Source: Balanoglossus misakiensis (taxonomy: Eukaryota > Animalia > Hemichordata). From it: a stretch of DNA of 64,000 bases. Below, one piece after another: positions 37,211-47,599 of this stretch. The position numbers and the translations under genes are program-made. The DNA lies in the NCBI GenBank assembly GCA_040954595.2, contig CM082590.2, positions 2,294,001 to 2,358,000 of the forward strand, given 5' to 3'. Below the pieces are notes generated by a model, which saw nothing but the letters and a program-made list of their open reading frames with translations, did not search any database and was not told the DNA's origin. The first letter of the stretch is position 1, and each line of letters opens with the position of its first letter.

Positions 37211-37700
37211 AACCTGAGTTGTCTATACTCAATTTTGTACACAGTCCTCCTCGCCTGAAATCAGCTCTATAATGTCGCGTAAAAAATGGCCTATTTTGCG
37301 ACCCTTCAGCGGGGCCCACTCTAACAGCTACATGGTTTGAAGTACTTTCCCTCATTAACATATGTTAATGAGTACCGTGCGATCTGACTGTACAGACAGA
37401 ATAACACACATCGAGAGATTAACAGGCAAACACTGGCTGACCCATAAGCGGCCAATGGCATGTGTACTGTACACACAGCAAATGGTCTCTTTAACAGATA
37501 GCCAGTTATGTAAACATGCAGTTACCAATCACTGTTATTATTGACAAATTGCATCCAAGTCCAGACACAGGCTTGAATACAATGTTTAAACAATAACAAC
37601 ATTGCTTACCCAGCTTCACCGAGCTGAAATGATCGTTGACAACCAGAATAATACTGAATAAAAATTCAAAAATTACAGATACAGGACCTTTCGTTGCCCA

Positions 37701-38077
37701 CATATTATATTACCGTGGTCTGTGCGTCGCATTTTAATTGGTCAAGATGAACGACATCACTGACCACAAATACCCAGTAATGGTTTGTTTACATGCCCGT
37801 AAATCTGAATAGTAATATTAGCAAACAGTTCAGTGAACACAACATTTTGCATAACACAAGTTCCGGGGCCCCAAGTCTTGTGTGTGGGACATTTTCAGAA
37901 ATATTGACGGTTTTCTTGAGATTGTTGGTAATGTAATGGAAATAAATGCAGGGCTCGGGCTCTAGCTAAGCTAAAATTAATGGGCTCGGAAGCCTCGCCC
38001 ATGAATTTTTGGCTTTCCCCTCGCCCTTGCCCATAAACAAACATTAATGGTCATGGCGTCGTGCATTATTTCTATAT
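37701..38077. mobile_element. Non-autonomous repeat, possibly Crypton-type
   Basis: Contains 'attggtcaaga' near one end and a GC hairpin gggctcggaagcctcgccc. Boundaries are approximate and the family is an inference. Confidence 0.35.
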
Positions 38078-38091
38078 TGTGTTGATCTTAC

Positions 38092-38208
38092 CTGTACACT
38101 CTCCATTGACCAATCAATATTCCACAGCACAAGTGAAATAAAAAGAGCCTGCTGTATTCACACACTGGCCTTCACAAAGATCTGCTCTCTCCATATATTC
38201 ATTGACAT
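38092..38208 (-). pseudogene. Calcium-binding EGF-like exon 2, phase 1-1, with a nonsense codon and two lost Cys
   Basis: Bounded by 'ctttgatttcag|' and '|gtaag'; 117 nt. Reads DVNEYMERADLCEGQCVNTAGSFYFTCAVEY*LVNGECT, with TGA at 38116-38114. Confidence 0.88.
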
Positions 38209-39463
38209 CTGAAATCAAAGATAGTTATTATTATTTATTTATTTTATTATTATTTATTTCCTAACAAATGTAATACACATACATCTTCTACAGAAAATAA
38301 TAAAATTAGAAAACAAGTGAAAGCTTAAAGGATAAAAAATTACACTTAAAAACCCCAAACAAACAGAAACAGTTCTGAAAGACAATCCCTATAAACCAAA
38401 AAAGCAATGGAATGAAATAGTGCTGAATAAAAAGACGAGTCTTTAAACCCCTTTGAAAACTGTCAATAGATCCAGCATTGTGGATAGAAGGTGCACAAAC
38501 ACTGAATCCTATTTAGCCATATGCCTTGTCAGTGTTCAAAATTCATAGGAAATATCAAGCAGTCATTGTTTCTTTTAATTGCAATACATGAACCTGGGAA
38601 AGTCTAAAAGATGCCATGATACCACTAGTCAACTCCCACGCTAAATTCAACCTGTCTGTCGGACTGGTAACATTTTATTTTTACCAGTCCTACAGAAAAA
38701 CAACCAGTCTTGGACTGTCGGACAGGCTTTATTTCGTACACTGGCCTTGTTAAGTTTTGAAATGCTCATTCATGGTGATGAGTTATCAAGAATATACCCG
38801 TTAAAAATTACTGTACCCTCAGAGAAGCATTTTGTAATGTCTTTAAAATGAGATGAAAACTATATGAATTTTCTAAGTGTATATTTATTCTTTGCAGAGG
38901 TAATTTATTTAGCTATAGGTTGATAATTTATGCTAATTTCATTAAATTATGCAAATAAGTAGTGAAAATACTTGTACATGAATATATCAGACAGTCTTAT
39001 AGTATCGTGTGAGGTTGATGACACATATTCTTAACCACATATTTCTTGATCAATTAATTGTTTTTACACCAAAGTCCTCAATATCCATGGCGATCCCTTT
39101 CTAGGAATTTTAACACTCTCTATCATTCTCATTTTAACAAAATCCCCTGAAACTTGTGTACCCTGTCAGCAAAACTTTGTCTGATTTTTAAAATACAGAT
39201 TACTTTTTCTCCCTTGCAAACAAATTTTCAAAGATAAGTTTTCACATTTGTTAATTTGTTTATATTATGCATAATTATAATTGGAAAAATTCTGAGATAC
39301 AATTTCAACAAACATGTGTTCAGTACGAGTGTGCGGTTGATTTCAAATTTTAAAATGTGTGCAATGGACAGACAGGATGTGTGTTTAGCTGATTGTAACC
39401 GTAGCAATATACAATCCCCAAACAATGTAGCCACAGAAGATATCAATATCCACAGTTACATAC

Positions 39464-39586
39464 CGGCACATGCATGGCCATCCTCCAGCAGATAGAATCC
39501 TGGTCTGCAAGTGCAGAGATAACTACCATGGGTATTCTGACAATAGTGTTGACATGCATATCCACCACTGTGACATTCATTCATAT
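39464..39586 (-). pseudogene. Calcium-binding EGF-like exon 1, phase 1-1, all six Cys intact
   Basis: Bounded by 'ttcttaccctccag|' and '|gtatgt'; 123 nt. Reads DMNECHSGGYACQHYCQNTHGSYLCTCRPGFYLLEDGHACA. Confidence 0.9.
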
Positions 39587-39836
39587 CTGGAGGGTAAGAA
39601 GAAATTAGAAATTATTTACAAGCATTGAATTCACTTTAATTCCTTGGATTAAAAATACAGAAAAAATAGCCAACAGCTACTACAGCTAACTTAGCAAAAA
39701 TGTCGACAAAATTTTACAGTGACACTGGCGTACTCTGCCACTGATATGAGGATATAAGAAAGGGAACTGGAATATTTTTTCCTCTGTATAATCAAATTAA
39801 CAGTAAATGACTGCCATGGCAACATAACAGATGTTA

Positions 39837-40169
39837 CAGTCAAACCCGTGTTAGGTGCCACCTCTATATAGTGGCTACTCTGTTACAGTCCATATACATT
39901 GTGTTAGGTATTGGTATTTACTGTTATGTATAAATTTGCAGTGTACGAGGCTGAACGAGTGAGCATGTGCAGTTGGCAATAAAAAAACAGCATGGCTGTC
40001 TAGTTTGTACACACATGTCCTGTGTCGTCTAATCACTCTGGTATAAGCCCACAATAATATAGCAATATATTACACATTGCACATTAAATGACCTGACTGT
40101 AGAGGCCACCTTTCTATAAAGGCCAGTTAGGAAAGTCCCCTGTCTGGCCAGTATAGACAGGTTTGACTG
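39837..40169. mobile_element. pogo/Tigger-like MITE, TA TSD, inserted a few bases from a splice donor
   Basis: ta|cagtcaaacccgtg ... agacaggtttgactg|ta. The donor gtaggt is at 40176-40171. Confidence 0.78.
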
Positions 40170-40176
40170 TACCTAC

Positions 40177-40360
40177 CTCTTTGTGGCTGTGAATCTGTAC
40201 CAGGCCATCTCTCCTGTGGCTGTGAGTTGATAGAATTCACAGCAGCAATTGGTGGCATCTTACTGAACTGACTAGCATTTGCCATTTGCATGACACCCTC
40301 TGTGGCTTTCAGTGCAGCAGCTGGTGCCTGCTGGGAAGTCATCTTTGGAGGTGAAGTTGC
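40177..40360 (-). pseudogene. Low-complexity Q/P/S/A-rich exon, phase 0-1
   Basis: Bounded by 'aatctttttggacag|' and '|gtaggt'; 184 nt. Reads ATSPPKMTSQQAPAAALKATEGVMQMANASQFSKMPPIAAVNSINSQPQERWPGTDSQPQR. Confidence 0.75.
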
Positions 40361-40786
40361 CTGTCCAAAAAGATTAACAAACCTAGTTAATATGGAGCAT
40401 TATCAAGGCCAGTATTCAAAACCCCATTTTTAATTCATGACTGCAATTTTTGATTCGATGTTGAGCTTGCAACTCTCAAAGTCCTATTTTCAACACACAT
40501 TTGGATGGGATTGAGTTTTAGGGCTTATCAACATTAATCACATTAAAAATTGAATTTGATTACTGAGTCTGTGGCATTATCCAAAAAAGTCTTAGCATTT
40601 ACAGAGTGGGTTTCTAGCAACCAAAACAGAAGTTTTGAATTTGTTTTGAAACAATAGTCAACTGTAAAGATAATGGTTAGACAAGGCTATGTGAAACAGT
40701 CATAAAAAGCTTTCAATTCACAGGATGGGTAACTAGAAACGGCTATTTTATTATATAATAAAGTAGAAGGTAGACCACAACTGTAC

Positions 40787-41048
40787 CTGGGTGATGAAAA
40801 TTGTCTCAATGGGATAAATGAAACAGTCACATTGGGTTGTTGTGTCCTGTTTGCTGTGACAGCGGATACTGGTTGGTTGGGTAAACTGGTAGGCTGACCA
40901 AAAGGCATTGATGACCTTTGACCTTGGCCCTGCATCTGGGGCTGACTTGGTTGAGTCAATTACTGTTGAGAGGATGACAGTTGTTGTGGAGACTGACTTC
41001 CAATTTGACTTGGTTGTCCAAGTGACAGATGACTTGTTGGTGCGGCAC
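40787..41048 (-). pseudogene. Q/P/S-rich exon with in-frame TAA
   Basis: Acceptor 'tttttactacag|'. Reads (G)AAPTSHLSLGQPSQIGSQSPQQLSSSQQ*LTQPSQPQMQGQGQRSSMPFGQP..., with the stop at 40962-40960. The donor ccag|gtacag is tentative. Confidence 0.7.
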
Positions 41049-41319
41049 CTGTAGTAAAAATATTTAGTTGATTTATTTATATACTGTAAAACGGGAAATT
41101 TCTGTGACAGGAAATGTTTGCAATATCAATAGAGACAACTGTTATGCTACACTTAAATTTTGCTTTCTTATATTTCACTAACTGCACCAATATCCCTGAA
41201 AAACATTTTTACGTGACTTTTAATTTGCATTTTTTGGTTCTCGCGAAGTTCACAATAATTTCCTGTTTGACAGTAATTCATCTATTGCAAACAAAGAAAA
41301 TATGTCTACCTAGGATAGA

Positions 41320-41500
41320 ATGACTGGAACAGGTGCAGATCACTAGTATACAAAGCCAGTTCCTCCAAAACAATGAGAGGTAAAGTGCTGCGCTCAAGGG
41401 CACAATATCGCGGTCATGAAGTCACCATCCTCAAAACCCACGGCCATGTCCAGGTCTGGATCTTGAACCCACAACCCTGTGCCCTCACCACAAGGCCATG
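41320..41500 (-). mobile_element. Degenerate tRNA-derived SINE
   Basis: Minus strand: box A-like tggccttgtgg, box B-like gggttcaaga, then gtgcccttgagcgcagcactttac, resembling the conserved SINE-body motif gtgtccttgrgcaaggcacttwac. Confidence 0.55.
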
Positions 41501-42531
41501 ATGTCTCCTCAAACTCTCCTCAAAAGTCTCCTGCTTTAGTCTAATCATTGGTAGAAATACTTTCTGCTTTGACCTTTTACATGAAGGATTTGATGCATAC
41601 ACACAGGCCAGTTGACAAGGAAAGCCTCTCAACATTGGTAAAACTGCATAATAATGATACATTGTAATTGAATATATTTGTGAACAAAAACAATCATGGC
41701 CTTTACACTATTAGCTACAACATCTAACCCTCAAACCAATCTGATGAAAATATTTTTTGACCCAAAAATGGAGTAGAACAATTTGCATCTTTTATAGAAC
41801 AGAAAAACAACAGTTCATAAAAACAATGAAAGTGTCCTTTTGATATCCTATGGCAAAATCTTTTCTTGGTCCCATCAAAGTTATAACTGCCTTTTTTATT
41901 TGAAAATTTGACAAAAAAGCCAGAGCGAATAATAATATGTGATGTGTAATAAATATTAATAAATATATTACTACCATTTTATGGAAGTACCCATTTAGAG
42001 TAATGAAAACTTTAACAAACCACAAAAAAGGTTTTGTACATCACCACAATAGGATGAATTGGTTGTAAATGGCCATGTAAACATGTTGTATATTTGTCCT
42101 GTGAACTTTAGAATCTGGATTGTATGATTTCAAATATTTGCTCAGCAACAGATACCCAAGCCGTCACGCAGTTACACCCATTGGAAAATGGTATCACCCA
42201 CACCAAGGTGGATGGAAGTTGGTCCTGGCGCTTTTTTTCCCATGATTCAAATTACAGTTAAGGCCATATTATAAATTCTGCCAACTTTCCCTCGATTTTG
42301 TAAAATACCTGACGTCTTATACTTGACGAATATGTTTTTTTTTTTCTGAAAGAGTGACCTCAAAGCTACCAAATTATGTAGAAATCAGCTGGACCGGATT
42401 TCCCCTTTGAAAACAGTAAAACACAGGTGCAAGCTTTCTTTTATTATGGGTATGGCAGAGAAAGCTTTTGACTGCTGTCAAAATTCTCTGGCAAACACAG
42501 AAGGATTATGAAACTGAAAATGTTGATAATA

Positions 42532-43057
42532 CAGTGAAACCTGTCAATACAGACATCTCTCTAATCAGGACAGATTGTTCAAGACAAAAGTAATGGCTTG
42601 AATAGAATATTACATGCACATTTCTATTAAGGACACCTCTCTTTTAAAGGGACAAAGTCTCTCTCTCGCTGCCCTTTTTTCCATTAATAATGTTTGATAC
42701 AAGACACTGTTTATGTTAATGTACATGTGTATATGTAGTGAATGAACATTCAACCATACACAACTTCCATCCCGCGTGTATGATATGGGAGTAAAAACTC
42801 ACCCAAAACGAATAAATGGTAGAGACTGATTATTCATTTTGGCGATTTTTTTCACTCTCATGTCCACAAGCAGGATGGACTTTGTGTGTGGTTGAATATT
42901 GATTCACCATATATCCACATGTAGAAAAAACATAAATGGTGTCTTGTATCAAATATAATTAATGGAATAAGGGGCAGCGAGCGAGAGAGAGAGCCTGTAT
43001 CCCTTAAAGGACATGTTGTGTGATCCCAGAGGTGCCCTTACTTGGCAGGTTTCAATG
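42532..43057. mobile_element. pogo-like MITE (TA TSD) containing a nested ~350-bp palindromic element (~42645-43010)
   Basis: ta|cagtgaaacctg ... caggtttcaatg|ta. Inner arms: ctctctctcgctgccc..ttccattaataatgtttgatacaagacac versus gtgtcttgtatcaaatataattaatggaa..gggcagcgagcgagagagag. Confidence 0.75.
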
Positions 43058-43287
43058 TACTTCGCACATCAGTTGTACTCCACTGTCGGTATCGAATCAT
43101 TTCCTGGTTGACATGGTGAGCTTTACATAAACAGATAAACCACCTCAAAAAGTGGGGCCCATAATTAGAGAATGGTCTTTAACCTCACAATTTTACCATA
43201 ATTACCTTGAAAATCGCAAAGTCTTCATATCGTCAAATAACTGCAATGCAGTACTCAGACCTTCAGAAATCATACCGTATTTCTCAC

Positions 43288-43304
43288 CTGCTCCTGACAA
43301 AAAT
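43288..43304 (-). pseudogene. Candidate 17-nt micro-exon of the minus-strand gene
   Basis: ctgtgttgtatttcag|atttttgtcaggagcag|gtgaga. The frame xFLSGAG is compatible with the phase-1 start of the 41048 exon. Confidence 0.35.
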
Positions 43305-43468
43305 CTGAAATACAACACAGTACAATTATTTAACAAAAGGTGTATGTAAACAATGTCTACTCTGATTGTAGACAGATTTGATTAAACATTTTATGAAACA
43401 TTTAAAGGTAGGAACCTCTAATAAAAGCCAGTGAGTCAAAGGACAAAACTGAGACTTTGTCCCTTTAA

Positions 43469-43553
43469 TCCTTTCACCCCCAGTTCCTTCTATACAGGTC
43501 GAACCTTTTCATAGATAACAATGGGTTTAGACTGAACCTTGGTTGTGAAAGGG
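43469..43553. mobile_element. 85-bp piggyBac-like MITE (TTAA TSD); partial copy at ~22430-22489
   Basis: ttaa|tcctttcac ... gtgaaaggg|ttaa. The shared 'ggtttagactgaacc..gtgaaagggttaa' also occurs at ~22457-22489. Confidence 0.6.
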
Positions 43554-44541
43554 TTAATGGGCTTCAATAATGAGTTTTCTTTAAAATAAGAGGGTGTTAC
43601 TTAAGGGTTATTACACTAAGTTTGGTCGATAACGCGTCATATTTGAGTGATAGTATGCCAAACTTGCATGGTATGTACAGCGTGATTACTGCACACAAAC
43701 ATCCCTCTGCAATACACAAACACCATCCAACTTAAAATCAAATGCCTAACAAGTAGCTATTTGATATTTTGTGAATCGGTTTTATTCTATTCATATTATA
43801 TTATTTTATATGTGATGTTGATTAACTTGCATTTTTGTCAGAATAGAGTGGTATACATACAAGGTCTTTCTAATGTCAGGTGTCTATAAAAAGATAAGCC
43901 TGTTGCATCATTGTATAAGTGGTATAAGTCCATGGTGCCAGTAAGAATTGGGGTAGGTCTTGTAATTGGAACAGTGCATGGGGGGGGGGCTGTTATGTGC
44001 ACAGTATATGTTGTTGCAGACATTTGAATGAAATATGAAATAGCAAGAAATAGTGGGTGCATTTGTGCGACTCAATTTGTTACTATTATTTTGCAGAAGC
44101 TGAGAAAACACGCCAGTGCTGTGTACACACCTGTGCATCAAAAGGCTTCTCTGAGGATAGTCATTACACGCCCAAACGAGGGTAAATCATTCCCAGGGCA
44201 AACTATGTAAGTGTCAGTTCTTCATGTAAGCACGCCATCGCTCACACTTCTGCATCCCCCCAGTCCACGTCAGTATATACATGCATAATACACCCCTTCT
44301 CTTTAGTACCTCATGTTATCCCATGCTTGCATTTTAATACACAGTTTAATTATGTAAATTTGTTGCTTTTAACAGGGAAACATTTTTTTTTCTCAATGAA
44401 TTTGTTGACATAGGTCATGTTTATTCAGAATGCAATCATTTAGCCTTCTCTTTGTAAGTAAGTGGGGATTGAATTTTGTGAGTACTAAATGACTTTCACA
44501 CCAATGTAATAATTATTGGTACTCTTTTTAATTTCAATCAG

Positions 44542-45282
44542 GTGATTCTAGACGAGGGCGAGCCTCTGCCACTGCAATATGAACGGCTTTCCAACTCCAA
44601 CGTAGCGATTCCATCTGCCTGGTTGAGCATAACTTTAGGTAGATGCAAGAACAAGCCGCCATCTTACGTCATAAAAAAGCTGATGGATGGGTTGTTTAAA
44701 ACCCGAACAACTGAGCGGGAAGAATACCAGCGCATTTATTGGAACACCCTACCAGCATGTTGTAACGGCACTGACTTGTAAGTAAAAGGTTTCTTTAAAA
44801 TGTCGAAATGATTGTATTCTATGATAATGACATTTTGTGCATGTCCCTGGAGTGAAATTCTTTGATTGGCTATCCCATATTCACTGGATTCAAAATAAAT
44901 ATCATTATAAAGGTGCATCTCATCCTTATACATTTCATTTTATTTGTTCTGACCATCTACTACAAATACACTCGATGAAATTTATCAGTTAGGTCAACAG
45001 TTTTTGTACCTGAATGATATTAAGTTTTTTTCCTGAATTTTAGTTGAATTGTGTGACTTCCGGTTGGTGGAAATTACTCGTATTGGGCAACTGCATATGT
45101 AACAATTATGCTTGGCAATCTTCTCCTTATTACTGCATGGTGTAACTGATATGTGTTTATTCTTCTCTTTTTCAGTATTTGGTGTCAACAAACTGAAGAT
45201 GTCAACAAAAGAGCTGATCCATGCATTCAATGCGAAATGCGCCACATGCAAACGGGCTGTCTTAAATAAAAACAGAGTGTAG
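44542..45282 (+). pseudogene. Two-exon BEN-domain-like gene fragment (44542-44777 and 45176-45282) with one frameshift
   Basis: Acceptor tttcaatcag|, donor |gtaagt, acceptor tctttttcag|; phases match (T|TA). Removing one extra A near 44700 gives ..YVIKKLMDGLFKPEQLSGKNTSAFIG..VVTALTLFGVNKLKMSTKELIHAFNAKCATCKR. Confidence 0.6.
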
Positions 45283-45610
45283 TAGAGTAGGAAGTTTGTA
45301 GTGTAGTTTTTTATATTGGAAAAAAATTGTAGAGTAGCAAGTTTGTAGTGTAGTTTTTTTTATATTGAAAAAAAATTAGAGTAGCAAGTTGTTTGTAGTG
45401 TAGTTTTTTATATTGGAAAAAAAATTGTAGAGTAGCAAGTTTGTAGTGTAGTTTTTTTTATATTGAAAAAAAATTAGAGTAGCAAGTTGTTTGTAGTGTA
45501 GTTTTTTATATTGGAAAAACATTTTTTGCAGAGGAGCAAGTTGTGGTGTTTATATTTGTAGTGTAGCTTTTTTATTTTTTGAAAACCAATTTTTGTAGTG
45601 TGTAGTTTTA
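45283..45610. repeat. ~50-bp minisatellite (about 5-6 copies)
   Basis: Repeats of tagagtagcaagtttgtagtgtagttttttatattggaaaaaaaattg. Confidence 0.85.
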
Positions 45611-46339
45611 CCATGTTGATTTTTTAGATTTCTTAACCCTGTGATTAAAATAGATTTTTTTAAAAATAAAAACTGTTAATTATAGTTTGCTTGTCTCTGA
45701 GGTTTTATGGGGGGTGGGGGTGGGTGGTTCAATGGTACCCCTAGTTAATTGTCTTGCTGCAAACTCACTGCAATGTTCAAATTTTCAAGGTGGCAATCTT
45801 GATTGCTGTGAACTCACTGCAGTATTCAAATTCCTGTGAACTCACTGCAGTATTCAAAATCTTGTTGCTGGAAGTTTGCAACAAATTTGCAAGTCCCCTA
45901 ATTTGCATGGTAAAATCAGGACTGTTTGCCACTTTGCAGCAGCAGTTTGCAGTGAGTTCGCAGAATCCTGCTGCAGTTTTGCGGGAGGAGTTTGCAGCAG
46001 GCCCTTTTTTCGTAAGGGATGTCCATATTATGGACATCACGAGGATGCGTCACGTTATCGACCAAACTTAGTGTAATAACCCCTTTATCATACATGAACA
46101 GTAGCCCATAGCCAAGTGTGACAGGGCGATGCGATCAGGTGATCAACGTATAGGCCGTAGTATCATTCTAAGAGGGTTGGCAGCTTTCATTATGATGGGC
46201 ACATGTGATTCAGGTCCCTCCCATCTACCTTAGCTGAGCTTGGGATCGCTTCGCCAAAGTTTATATGACAAGGGTGTTAGCCCATTCCTATCACAATAGG
46301 CTAGCTATATCGTTTATATGCCTTAATGAATTAATTAAT

Positions 46340-46424
46340 ATGACTGACTGACGGACTGACTGACTGACTAACTGACTGACTCACTGAATGAATGAATGAA
46401 AGAATCAATCAATCAATCAATCAA
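46340..46424. repeat. Compound microsatellite (TGAC)n(TGAA)n(TCAA)n
   Basis: Seen directly in the sequence. Confidence 0.85.
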
Positions 46425-47599
46425 ATACCCAGACATGGCATGGAGGGATTCACCTCCTGTTGAGATGTTCGCACCCCCTAGCAAATTGTCACAGGTGGGG
46501 TGGTCAGTGGCCCTTAAAATGATGTCACTCACATGATAGAGATATTAATTACATAACTCCTTTCCAGAGTGTGCTCTATTTATAGTCTGCACTATATACA
46601 GGTAAATGTGTAATGATATTTCAATAACTTTTGGAATCACAGGTCAGTAGAAAGGTTGATTGAACAAAAGGTTTTGAAATTCGTTCACCTTGTATTGGAA
46701 CAGCTCTTACAGACATCACAACATCATTCAACGCTAAATCTTCGTAACTTTTACATACTGTTAATATAAATATAATTATTTTTCTTTAAATTCATCCAAA
46801 TATTACAATGTTTCTAGCAATTTCATAGCTGTATTATAGTTATTAAGATAATACTGTGTGTATGATATATACTTTGTGGATAGGATACAGATCTTTGCTT
46901 ATTACCAAGAATATAACACCATGTGTTTGGATTTTAAATGCAGTTCGGAGCTGACTGTGTTGCATTTTGACTGCAAAATTAAAATATTTAGTTACATTTC
47001 CTTGCATTTAGTGTTGAAAATGTCACTTTCAGCTTTAAAATGAGCACTGATATCTATGGAACTAGAAGAATTGTGCTTTCTATTCTACAACATACAACAT
47101 TTACATTTAATCAAACAACAGGATGATATTTGACAGTCAATCAATAAATATAACATACGTGTGAGTTGCATGTACAAAACTAGACACATGTATGTATGTG
47201 ATATTTAAAGGGACATTAACTGTTACACATGCTCTACACAGAACTCCACTTGTCAGCATAACCTGTATGTGTGTAACGGCTATTGAAATGAATTCTAGTC
47301 CAGACTTGAATTCAAATTCACAATAACAATACTGAACAGACACACCTATATTTCATCATGATTCAGGGATCTGAAGAAGACACTGCAGTAAATACTTAAA
47401 ACAAAAATACTGAAAACAAAGTGAAAAGTTACAGCTAATGAAGCTTTAACTATGTTCAGAAACAAGTAGAACAGGCAATCAAAACACATTATAAACATTG
47501 AGAAAAACACCCAAAGTTACATGTACTACCGGTATCTATGAGGGCCCGTTCTGGTCAAAATTGTAGTTTATTAATAAAACATGTTAGAATTAATTTTAC

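Larger units (their letters stand above)
26415..37390 (-). mobile_element. Academ (AcademX-type) DNA transposon, ~11 kb including nested insertions, both ends present
   Basis: TIRs cagtcagatcgcacggtgctcatttgcatatg (26415-26446) and catatgttaatgagtaccgtgcgatctgactg (37359-37390). 4-bp TSD TACA at 26411-26414 and 37391-37394; CA..TG (YR..YR) termini. The ORF fragments encode transposase + XPG-like + Cys-rich domains, the described AcademX architecture. Confidence 0.88.
26357..37520 (+). mobile_element. HINE-like repeat split by the Academ insertion (parts 26357-26414 and 37391-~37520)
   Basis: The head 'aaattgcgtcaaggacacagtggtcccatt' matches the minus-strand copy at 30558-30588. The tail 'atggtctctttaacag...agttatgtaaacatg' at ~37482-37518 matches the tail of that copy at ~30253-30295. 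Confidence 0.65.
43605..46083. mobile_element. ~2.5-kb TIR element (GG termini, TTAA/TTTA flanks; Kolobok-like) with internal cargo
   Basis: ttaa|gggttattacactaagtttggtcgataacg versus cgttatcgaccaaacttagtgtaataacccc|ttta; ~30-bp matching TIR. Confidence 0.8.

Noticed and set aside
46689-46733. Possible 45-nt phase 1-1 exon (LNDVVMSVRAVPIQ)
   Set aside because: Weak acceptor and donor (gatttag / gtgaac) and no independent support.
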